Assembly: GCA_023415235.1 (NCBI GenBank) | Contig: JAEZLP010000030.1 | Span: 65 to 64,064 of the forward strand | Reading direction: 5' to 3' | Length of the DNA stretch: 64,000 nt | Source of the DNA: Bacillota bacterium | GTDB taxonomy: Bacteria > Bacillota > Clostridia > Peptostreptococcales > Anaerovoracaceae | Shown here: positions 8,907-16,929 of the stretch, in pieces | Layout: each line of letters begins with the position of its first letter | Numbering within the stretch: position 1 is the first letter of the stretch | Position numbers and translations under genes: made by a program | The notes under the pieces: generated by a model | Seen by the model: the letters and a program-made list of their open reading frames with translations, nothing else | What the model was told of the DNA's origin: nothing | Database searches by the model: none

Positions 8907-11372
8907 ATGAAAAAAGCGAACAGGAAATGGAAAGTGTTCGTAATTGTAATGTGCCTGCTCTTTACCATGACTCCTGGTATGGTCTTTGCCGATGAACCAA
9001 CCGATCAGTCGTTCGTCGAGCAAGCTTCTGGTCAGACCGGAGGCGATGACGAATCCAACAAGGATGACCAGGGCGATGATGGATCCGGAGGCGATGACGA
9101 ATCCAACAAGGATGACCAGGACGATGATGGATCCGGAGGCGATGACGAATCCAACAAGGATGATCAAGACGATGATGGATCCGGAGGCGAGGATCTGACC
9201 AAGGAAAATGAAGAAGATTCCGCTGCAACGGATGGGGCACTCCAGATGAACTTCATATTTCCACCCATCAATAAAGGTACCATAGAAATCACAAAAAACG
9301 TCGTTAACGGTCCGGACAGAGATGATGTATTTAAATTTAAAATTTCTAAATGGAAAGACAAAAAATGGAAGCAAGAAAAAATAGTAAGCATAACCGGACC
9401 AGGAAAAATAACCGTTAGCGGCCTTGCACCAGGTGAGTACAAAGTTGAAGAAATCGAAATTCCGGATAATTATGTGGTTGACGATCCTGAAACTGACAAA
9501 TTCACGGTTGGATCAGAGCTCGTGCCTGTATCATTCACAAACACCTATACTACAGGCACTATAACAATTGAGAAAAGAATAAAGAACGGCATACCCGAGC
9601 TGCAGGACACATTTACGTTTAGAATCTCAAAGAAAATCGACAAACATAAATATCAAATTATCCGGGAAGTGCAACGAGATGGAGCGGGAACCATTGTGGT
9701 CGATGGTCTTGATAACGGCGTATATAAAGTAGAGGAAATCAATCTTCCGCAGCACTATATGATTTATGGTGACGGTGATCCTGTGGAGGTCACTATCTCA
9801 AATAAGGATTTGACAAAAGAAGCCATATTCACAAACTGCTATACTGCAGGAACGATCAAGATCAATAAAACTGTGATTGGGAATCCAGCAACTCCAGGTA
9901 CATTCACTTTCGAGATCTACAAAATGAATTGGAGTGGGAAATGGGTATTACAACAAGAAGCAATCGTGAATGGTACCGTTCCCACGGTCATTCCAGGCCT
10001 TGATTATGGTTATTATAAGATTGTCGAGCAAGCGGTTGAAGGATATGACATTGACGAATCTACGCCGAAAAATTGGATTAATGAATACTGTCAGCACTGG
10101 AATCCGAACTTCACCAACACCTACACCGGGCCGACAACGGGCAGTATCAAAATTATAAAGAACGTGACAGGATCGTCCATCATTCCCGAAACTGTATTTA
10201 GGTTCACAGTCACAAGCGATGAGCACGAGTACAGTAGAACGGTATCGGTCACCGGAGGCGCTGTATTCGTTCTGGATGGTTTGATGCCAGGGGAATATGT
10301 GGTAACTGAAGAGAAATCCGCCTTGGACTTCTACCCGGAGGGCAACGATTACGATAAGCCTGCAACAGTAACCTCAGATTCTGAAACAATTGTAACGTTT
10401 ACGAATATCTACAATCCGGAACTGCCATCTGTTACCATAAATAAAGAGGTTGCTGAATACACGGGAGCCGGTGTTCCTGAGAGCGGATTTGAAAAGAGCA
10501 AAACCTTTAACGTACTGAACAAATCGGTCATTTACAGAATCAGCTTTGAGTATAACAACGCCTGGGTACAAAGCGAAAGGTCGCTCACCTTGTCAGATAT
10601 CTATGACAGAAACGGTTCCGTAATTGATAAGACTTTGGATTTAGAAATCTGGGATGCCGGCACAGGACAATTTGTTAAAGCATTCCCTGATAACTATGTG
10701 GAGCTTGATTTGGATGAGACCTATTACTTCCGGGATACGTTGACGGAAAACGGGATCTATAACAACGTTGCAACCTTATTTGAGCCGCAGTACAGAACGT
10801 TCACAGAGGATATCGAACCAATAATCAATTTATCTTCCTCAGCAGTTGTTACCGTTAATTATTCCTCCGGTGGAGGAGATAACGGCGGCGGGAATGGAGG
10901 AGGTGGCGGAGGAGGGTCCTCCACCAAGTACTATGAAGTAATCTACGATCCTAACTACCCGACAAGCTCTGACACGTCCGGGAAAGCGCCTGTTGACAAT
11001 AAAAACTATAGATATAACGAAATAGTCAATGTCAGAGGCAACACCGACGGACTGAAGGCGGGAGACTATGTATTCAAGGGATGGAACACCAAGCCTGACG
11101 GCACAGGAACCATGTACCTGCAGGGCAATATGTTCAACATCAAGGAAGATACAATTTTATATGCAATTTGGGAGCTGGCAGAGGCAGATCCCGATATGGC
11201 AACCACGGATGCGTCAACGGATACTGTAGTAAACACAGGCCAAAGCAATGATCTGGATGACGTTCCGAAGACGGGAGACTCAACTCCAATTCTTTTGATG
11301 CTTCTTATGGGTCTTTTGTCAATCGTCTCCGTTGCTGCATTCAGCAGAAAAAAGAAGGCGACAGCGGAATAA
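8907..11372 (+). CDS. Cell-wall-anchored surface protein (adhesin or pilin-like) with a VPKTG sorting signal
   Basis: Domain order: signal peptide; three acidic 16-aa repeats; four prealbumin/CnaB-like repeats of about 95 aa (GTIxIxK...GxYKVEE...FTNxYT); a fifth, divergent domain; a Gly-rich linker (SSGGGDNGGGNGGGGGGGSS); and a Listeria-Bacteroides-type repeat (YVFKGWNTKPDGTG...ILYAIW). The C-terminus is VPKTG plus a hydrophobic helix plus RKKK. Confidence 0.85.
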   Translation: MKKANRKWKVFVIVMCLLFTMTPGMVFADEPTDQSFVEQASGQTGGDDESNKDDQGDDGSGGDDESNKDDQDDDGSGGDDESNKDDQDDDGSGGEDLTKENEEDSAATDGALQMNFIFPPINKGTIEITKNVVNGPDRDDVFKFKISKWKDKKWKQEKIVSITGPGKITVSGLAPGEYKVEEIEIPDNYVVDDPETDKFTVGSELVPVSFTNTYTTGTITIEKRIKNGIPELQDTFTFRISKKIDKHKYQIIREVQRDGAGTIVVDGLDNGVYKVEEINLPQHYMIYGDGDPVEVTISNKDLTKEAIFTNCYTAGTIKINKTVIGNPATPGTFTFEIYKMNWSGKWVLQQEAIVNGTVPTVIPGLDYGYYKIVEQAVEGYDIDESTPKNWINEYCQHWNPNFTNTYTGPTTGSIKIIKNVTGSSIIPETVFRFTVTSDEHEYSRTVSVTGGAVFVLDGLMPGEYVVTEEKSALDFYPEGNDYDKPATVTSDSETIVTFTNIYNPELPSVTINKEVAEYTGAGVPESGFEKSKTFNVLNKSVIYRISFEYNNAWVQSERSLTLSDIYDRNGSVIDKTLDLEIWDAGTGQFVKAFPDNYVELDLDETYYFRDTLTENGIYNNVATLFEPQYRTFTEDIEPIINLSSSAVVTVNYSSGGGDNGGGNGGGGGGGSSTKYYEVIYDPNYPTSSDTSGKAPVDNKNYRYNEIVNVRGNTDGLKAGDYVFKGWNTKPDGTGTMYLQGNMFNIKEDTILYAIWELAEADPDMATTDASTDTVVNTGQSNDLDDVPKTGDSTPILLMLLMGLLSIVSVAAFSRKKKATAE
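9039..9182 (+). repeat. In-frame 48-bp tandem repeat, three copies, encoding GGDDESNKDDQ(G/D)DDGS
   Basis: Three near-identical 48-bp units read directly, followed by a partial fourth (GGED). Confidence 0.9.
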
Positions 11373-11406
11373 AAGAGAAAGAATTTTAGGGAAAGGAGCA
11401 GGATGT

Positions 11407-12177
11407 ATGAAGAAAAGAAAAATGTTCATCCTGTTCCTTTCTTATTTTTGCCTGGTTGTTTCCGTTATCTTCTTTTTTGTTTATTTGATTGACGGAATAC
11501 AGGACCGCTGGGCTCAGGAAGAGCTGATTGGGAAGAAAAGTATCATAACAGAATCAGCAATCACGAAAGCAGTCCCTTCCGGAGAAAAGCAAATACTGCC
11601 GCAGTACCAGATTCTTTATGATGAAAATCCGGACCTGATCGGATGGATCAAAATCGAAGGAACCCCCCTTGACTATCCGGTCATGCAAAACAAAGATGAC
11701 AATGAATATTATCTCCACCGAGATTTTTACGGGGAGTACGAATACAGCGGTCTGCCGTTTCTTGATCTCAAATGCAACTTTGAGCAGCCCAGCACAAATC
11801 TGATTATTTATGGTCATAATATGAAAAGCGACGCTATGTTCAGCTGTCTGACCAGATATACGGACAAGGAGTATTTTTTAGAGCATCCGGTAATCCGGTT
11901 TGATACGATCTACGAGGAGGGGGAATATGAAATCATTGCGGTGGTTCTTTCTCAAGTCTATAGGAAATCAGACGACGTTTTTAAGTTTTATCAATTTACT
12001 CAGGCGGATACCGAAGCCGAATTTGAAGATTATATCAGGAACATGAAAAAGCTTTCGCTATACGACACTGGGGTGGACGCTTCCTTCGGAGACAGGCTTA
12101 TTACCTTGGTTACCTGCAATTATCACACGAAAAACGGGAGACTTGCCGTACTGGCGAAACGGCTGACGACGGAATAG
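11407..12177 (+). CDS. srtB: Class B sortase
   Basis: N-terminal TM anchor, DLIGWIKIEGTPLDYPVMQNKDDNEYYLHRDF, IIYGHNM (His) and LITLVTCNY (TLxTC Cys). The ATG at 11407 follows GGGAAAGGAGCAGG. Confidence 0.85.
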   Translation: MKKRKMFILFLSYFCLVVSVIFFFVYLIDGIQDRWAQEELIGKKSIITESAITKAVPSGEKQILPQYQILYDENPDLIGWIKIEGTPLDYPVMQNKDDNEYYLHRDFYGEYEYSGLPFLDLKCNFEQPSTNLIIYGHNMKSDAMFSCLTRYTDKEYFLEHPVIRFDTIYEEGEYEIIAVVLSQVYRKSDDVFKFYQFTQADTEAEFEDYIRNMKKLSLYDTGVDASFGDRLITLVTCNYHTKNGRLAVLAKRLTTE

Positions 12178-12210
12178 CAGTATTGAAAAATTTGCATTCT
12201 ATGAAATAAT

Positions 12211-12239
12211 TTGATAAGATGATATGGAATTCTTATCAA
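12211..12239 (+). promoter_or_regulatory. Perfect 9-bp inverted repeat abutting the RBS of the downstream gene
   Basis: ttgataaga (12211-12219) and tcttatcaa (12231-12239) separated by 11 nt. GGAGG begins at 12241. Confidence 0.3.
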
Positions 12240-12251
12240 TGGAGGCTAATC

Positions 12252-13334
12252 ATGTTTCAGATCCCAAAGTACAAGGCTCCCGATTTCAATCAGGAGAAGT
12301 TTATAAATGCGCCGAATGCAAGGACAAGCCAGGTGACAATAAAAGGCGTTGCACCGGATCATTACCATGCTACATCAATGTATCCGGAATACTATAAAAT
12401 AAACGGCCAGTGGAGACTGCTTCCCCAGACCAGAATGGACTGTGTTCCTGTGATTCACCCGGACGGCAGTCTGGAAGCCAAGGAATTCCGGCGGCTGCAG
12501 GTTGGAGAAACCGTCATTATCGGCAGAACGGAAGATGGTTCCGAAGGCATTTATCTTTATAGCGAAGGATTTAAAGCGGAAACCGAAAAAACTGACACCT
12601 TCGCATTCCGCAGCGGCAGATCCAGAGAGACTTCCTTCGATGTTGATTATGACAATTTGGTGGATCTTTTGAAGCACGACAAAGATCACGGCCATATCAT
12701 CTGGGTTCTTGGTCCGGCGGCCATATTTAATGTTGGAGCCAGAAAAGCGATGGAAGCCATTGTGGAACATGGTTACGCCCATGCAGTTTTCGGAGGAAAT
12801 GCTGTCGCAACCCATGATCTGGAAGGAGCACTTTTCGGCACAGCTCTGGGACAGGATATCTGCACCAGGGAAAACAAGCATAATGGACATTATCATCATC
12901 TAGATACCATCAATCTGATTCAAAAGGCCGGTTCCATTGAAAAGGGAATCATGGAATTGGGAATCGACAACGGATTGATTTACTCCTGCGTGAAAAACAA
13001 GGTGCCGTTCGTTTTGGCGGGCTCCATCCGGGATGACGGGCCGCTTCCCGATGTGATCGACGACATGTCCATGGTCCAGGACGCCATGCGGGAACACACG
13101 AAAAAGGCGACTACGATCGTATGCCTTGCCACACAGCTGCATACCATTGCGACAGGCAATCTGACTCCGTCCTATATGGTCAAGGACGATCAAGTACGAC
13201 CGGTTTATATCTATGCGGTGGATGTTTCTGAGTTTGTTCTGAATAAGCTGCGGGACAGGGGTACTCTTGAGGTAACCACCATCGTCTCCAATATCCAGGA
13301 TTTCCTGTTCAAGCTGACACACAAGCTGCTTTAA
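12252..13334 (+). CDS. Conserved hypothetical enzyme-like protein. The C-terminal half resembles the deoxyhypusine-synthase-like / LOR-SDH (TIGR00300-type) fold; function unknown.
   Basis: Strong RBS (GGAGG, 6-nt spacer) before the ATG at 12252. The motif GPAAIFNVGARKAMEAIVEHGYAHAVFGGNAVATHDLE resembles that family from memory only. Confidence 0.45.
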   Translation: MFQIPKYKAPDFNQEKFINAPNARTSQVTIKGVAPDHYHATSMYPEYYKINGQWRLLPQTRMDCVPVIHPDGSLEAKEFRRLQVGETVIIGRTEDGSEGIYLYSEGFKAETEKTDTFAFRSGRSRETSFDVDYDNLVDLLKHDKDHGHIIWVLGPAAIFNVGARKAMEAIVEHGYAHAVFGGNAVATHDLEGALFGTALGQDICTRENKHNGHYHHLDTINLIQKAGSIEKGIMELGIDNGLIYSCVKNKVPFVLAGSIRDDGPLPDVIDDMSMVQDAMREHTKKATTIVCLATQLHTIATGNLTPSYMVKDDQVRPVYIYAVDVSEFVLNKLRDRGTLEVTTIVSNIQDFLFKLTHKLL

Positions 13335-13368
13335 TAGCAGCTTTTTTCATGGGATCGTCGATGCCCGA

Positions 13369-14174
13369 TCATTGCTGTTTTTTTACTGTTCCACGGTAAA
13401 ACAGAACCATGGCTCCCGCTGTGGTTCTTTGAGCCAAGGGAAGGGTGCATCTGGTGATCCGGTAATAACGGCTTTCATCATCGGTTACATTCTTGAATCG
13501 CTTATAGATTTTCAGAGCGGTACGCGCGTTAAACTTAAGATAATTTTCCAGAGTGCTGAGAATATAGGCGCCGTGATAAGCCTTGAAGGCATCCACATTC
13601 TCATAGGTGCGCTTGACAAAGTTTTCGAATTGGCGATGATCATCCAGCAAGCGGATATTCACATGCTGAGGAATGGTCACATCCTGGATCAGATGCAGCG
13701 CAGCGCCCAGATAGAACATGGATTTGTCCATATCCATCCTTCTGTACAGCCGGACTGCATTGACATAATAATCCACAGCAAGGGCTAATGCATTGCTTCT
13801 GCCGTACAAACCGCTTTTTTTTTATAGGGATTATAAAAATGATTTGAGCTCTTGAAATCCTGATCCGCCCAAACCGCACCTCTGTTGATGGACTCTATAT
13901 GGCGGGAATAAAAGCGGAATTCCTCCTCGTATCGGTCATTTTTTAAAATGTCAAGAGCATGCAGGTTGATGTGGATATGCACCTGGCACTCTGTCTTGAC
14001 GATTATTTTTTTAAATGGATTCAAGATCCAAAATGCAGACTTTAAAAATTGATGATATGCGGTTTCAAACTGAAAAATAGGAATCACTCCTTCTAATCGC
14101 GAATATTCTATAGGAATCGGCCCCAGTCTTACAACTTTTCTGTGAGCTTCTTTCAGTCGCAAAGAAAGAAGCAT
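13369..14174 (-). pseudogene. Zinc-dependent phospholipase C family gene interrupted by a frameshift in an A9 run
   Basis: Two overlapping minus-strand ORFs (13785-14174 and 13369-13809) read ...HFYNPYKKK | SGLYGRSNALALAVDYY...HLIQDVTIPQH when one A is added to the run at 13815-13823. Confidence 0.75.
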
Positions 14175-14340
14175 CTGCCATGTTTAATAGTATGGTCGTT
14201 TTCCAAATTCCTAAGCAATCAATTGTATTGACATCGGAGCCTTTTTTTAGTAATCTATTGTTTAGATTCCGCACAGTATGAGCGAAGGAATTTGAAAATG
14301 TATGCTGCCTTAACCGGCCTATTATAAGGAGGAACCCTAT

Positions 14341-14487
14341 ATGAAGAACATTAAAACCATCGCAAAACCAACTTTAAAAAATACAGCGCACAAGGGATGC
14401 GGCGAATGCCAGACCTCATGCCAGTCCGCTTGCAAGACATCCTGCACCGTTGCAAACCAGGAATGTGAAAACACAAAACGCAGATAG
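14341..14487 (+). CDS. scfA: Six-cysteine peptide SCIFF (RiPP precursor)
   Basis: 48 codons, MKNIKTIAKPTLKNTAHKGCGECQTSCQSACKTSCTVANQECENTKRR. AGGAGG lies 8 nt upstream. The ORF is too short for the supplied track. Confidence 0.9.
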   Translation: MKNIKTIAKPTLKNTAHKGCGECQTSCQSACKTSCTVANQECENTKRR

Positions 14488-14500
14488 TGACAGTAGATGA

Positions 14501-14528
14501 AAAAACAGCAGCGTTGCTGTTTTTTTTT
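14501..14528 (+). terminator. Intercistronic hairpin plus T-run (probable leaky attenuator) between scfA and scfB
   Basis: Stem aaaaacagc / gctgttttt with a 6-nt loop, running into T9. Confidence 0.5.
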
Positions 14529-14553
14529 CGCACGGAAAAGAGGAAACAGAACT

Positions 14554-15903
14554 ATGATTCATAAATACCGGTATCAGGACCAGTATATCGTTCTGGACGT
14601 CAACAGCGGCGCTGTTCACGTAGTCAGTGAGATCGTGTTCGATATATTGGATTATTATAAAGATAAGACTCCGAAGGAAATATTGGAGCTGCTGAAAGGG
14701 AAATATAAAGAAGAGGAAGTCATGGAGGCGCTGGACGACATCGGATATCTGGTGGACAACCAGATGCTTTATGCCGACGACTCCCAGATTACCATGGATA
14801 TGCTGGAGGGCAGGGGCGCTGTGATTAAGGCCATGTGCCTTCATGTGGCTCATGACTGCAATATGACGTGTAAATATTGCTTTGGTGACAAAGGAGCCTT
14901 TGAAGGGGTTCGTTCTTTGCTTTCTCTGGAAACAGGAAAGAAGGCCATTGACTTTTTACTGACCCACTCAGGATCCCGCAGAAACCTTGAAATCGATTTT
15001 TTCGGCGGAGAGCCTCTGATGAATTTCGATGTTGTGAAGGAATTGGTCGCTTACGGCAGAGAGGCCGAGAAGGTTTACCGAAAAAACATTCGGTTTACCA
15101 TAACAACCAACGGACTGCTCTTAGACGACGAAAAAGCCGATTTTATCAATGAAAACATGGATAATGTGATCCTCAGCATAGACGGTCGTCCCGAAATCAA
15201 TGACAACATGCGCAGAACGGTCAACGGCAAGGGCACTTACGACATCATCATGAAGAATTATCTTCGTTTTGTAGAAAAACGGAAGGGCACGTATTATGTG
15301 AGAGGAACCTTCACCAGAGACAATCTCGATTTCTCCAAGGATGTGAAACACTTGGTGGATCAGGGATTTAAAAATGTTTCCGTGGAGCCTGTGGTGACCG
15401 ATCTCTCCTTCAGCTATGCGCTGCAGGACGAGGACAAGGAGGCAATCTTCAAGGAATACGATAGACTCACGGAGCTTTATCTGGATTATGCAAAAGAAGG
15501 AAAGAAATTTGAATTCTTCCACTTCAACGTAGATCTGAATCAAGGGCCTTGTGTTGTGAAAAGGGTTTCCGGATGCGGAGCCGGCACAGAGTATGTGGCG
15601 GTTTCTCCGGAAGGAGACATCTATCCCTGCCATCAGTTTGTAGGAAATCAGGATTTCAAGCTGGGAAATCTGTTCGATAAACAGTTTGAAAACAAGAGGT
15701 ACGACGAATTCAATCAGGCGCATATTTACAAAAAGGCTGAGTGCCGGGAATGCTGGGCAAAATTCTACTGCAGCGGAGGTTGCCACGCCAATGCATACAA
15801 TATGAATCATGACATCCTGGAGCCCTACAAGCTTGGCTGCGAACTGGAAAAGAAAAGAATCGAATGCGCCATCGCCATCAAGGCGATTCTATCCTGTGAG
15901 TAG
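14554..15903 (+). CDS. scfB: SCIFF radical SAM / SPASM maturase (thioether cross-link forming)
   Basis: CNMTCKYC radical-SAM motif, and C-terminal Cys-rich SPASM region (GCGAG...YPCHQF...CRECWAKFYCSGGCHANA). It lies immediately downstream of scfA. The ATG at 14554 follows AAAGAGGAAA. Confidence 0.9.
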   Translation: MIHKYRYQDQYIVLDVNSGAVHVVSEIVFDILDYYKDKTPKEILELLKGKYKEEEVMEALDDIGYLVDNQMLYADDSQITMDMLEGRGAVIKAMCLHVAHDCNMTCKYCFGDKGAFEGVRSLLSLETGKKAIDFLLTHSGSRRNLEIDFFGGEPLMNFDVVKELVAYGREAEKVYRKNIRFTITTNGLLLDDEKADFINENMDNVILSIDGRPEINDNMRRTVNGKGTYDIIMKNYLRFVEKRKGTYYVRGTFTRDNLDFSKDVKHLVDQGFKNVSVEPVVTDLSFSYALQDEDKEAIFKEYDRLTELYLDYAKEGKKFEFFHFNVDLNQGPCVVKRVSGCGAGTEYVAVSPEGDIYPCHQFVGNQDFKLGNLFDKQFENKRYDEFNQAHIYKKAECRECWAKFYCSGGCHANAYNMNHDILEPYKLGCELEKKRIECAIAIKAILSCE

Positions 15904-15956
15904 ATGAAATCTATTGATGCTGGAACGAAAAGTCCGGGATTAAGGAGGAATATCTG

Positions 15957-16865
15957 TTGGAGATTTGCTTGCTCGGTTGCGGCGGAATGATTCCGTTGCC
16001 AGACAGGAGACTGACTTCCCTGCTGGTCCGAAGGAATGGCAAAATGATTCTGGTAGACTGCGGAGAGGGAACACAGGTAGGCGTCAGGCTTGCTGAATGG
16101 GGGTTCAAAGCGATCGATGCCATATGCCTGACTCATTATCATGCGGATCATGTGGCCGGTCTGCCAGGTTTTCTGCTGACCTTGGGAAACAGCGGCCGTA
16201 CGGAACCCCTTACCATTCTGGGACCTCCACCGCTGGAATACCTGCTTCGGTCGCTCACAGTGATCTGTCCTCAACTGCCTTATGAGATTGTGATGATGGA
16301 ATTGCCCAATCATTCGGAAAGCCGGCTTGAATTAGGTGAATTTTTGATTCAGGCGCTGCCCATGGAGCATATGATACCCTGTCTGGCTTATCGCTTTGAA
16401 ATCAAACGAGCAGGAAAATTTGACATAGAGGAAGCGTTAAGGCATAGAATCCCGAAGAAATTCTGGAGTATCCTACAGAAGGGGAGTTCCGTGGAAGCCG
16501 ATGGTCGTTCCTTCACGCCTGAAATGGTTCTCGGAACTCCGCGAAAAGGACTGAAGGTATCCTACTGTACCGATTCACGGCCAACGACGGAACTCATCGA
16601 ATTCTGCAGGGATTCGGATCTTCTCATCCTGGAAGGGATGTATGGAGATGAAGATATGCTTCAGAAGGCGGTGGAACGAAAGCATATGACTTTTTCAGAG
16701 GCGGCCCGGATCGCATTGCAATCCAATTCCAGAGAATTATGGCTGACCCATTTCAGTCCGTCCCTGAGCGCACCTGAGGCTTATCTTCAAAATGCGAAGG
16801 ACATATTCCCGGAAACGATCATCGGAGCGGATTTGATGAAAAAACAGTTGAGTTTTAACCGATAA
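15957..16865 (+). CDS. rnz: Ribonuclease Z
   Basis: Metallo-beta-lactamase motif LTHYHADHVAGLPG and the N-terminal LLGCGG...LVDCGEGTQ. TTG start at 15957, 8 nt after AAGGAGG. Confidence 0.85.
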   Translation: MEICLLGCGGMIPLPDRRLTSLLVRRNGKMILVDCGEGTQVGVRLAEWGFKAIDAICLTHYHADHVAGLPGFLLTLGNSGRTEPLTILGPPPLEYLLRSLTVICPQLPYEIVMMELPNHSESRLELGEFLIQALPMEHMIPCLAYRFEIKRAGKFDIEEALRHRIPKKFWSILQKGSSVEADGRSFTPEMVLGTPRKGLKVSYCTDSRPTTELIEFCRDSDLLILEGMYGDEDMLQKAVERKHMTFSEAARIALQSNSRELWLTHFSPSLSAPEAYLQNAKDIFPETIIGADLMKKQLSFNR

Positions 16866-16900
16866 AAAAGTAGACATGTTTTTTCATGTCTACTTTCATT
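16866..16900. terminator. Bidirectional terminator between the convergent rnz and PepD-like genes
   Basis: Stem aagtagacatg / catgtctactt with a T6 loop, flanked by an A-run and a T-rich tail. Confidence 0.7.
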
Positions 16901-16929
16901 TTACATCTCCAATCATATCTGGTTTCTAC

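Noticed and set aside
9039-9182. Regularly spaced repeats considered as a possible CRISPR-like array
   Set aside because: The units are directly adjacent with no spacers, are in frame, and lie inside a coding sequence. This is a protein-coding tandem repeat.
8694-9374. 226-aa minus-strand ORF overlapping the start of the surface protein gene
   Set aside because: It is antisense to the acidic 48-bp repeats and inherits their periodicity (GSIIVLVILVGFVIAS repeats). It has no RBS. The plus-strand gene has a signal peptide, an RBS and a coherent domain architecture.
10864-10923. G-rich run (ggtggaggagataacggcggcgggaatggaggaggtggcggaggaggg) considered as a G-quadruplex or regulatory element
   Set aside because: It is in frame and encodes the poly-Gly/Asn linker between adhesin domains. 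No independent function is needed to explain it.
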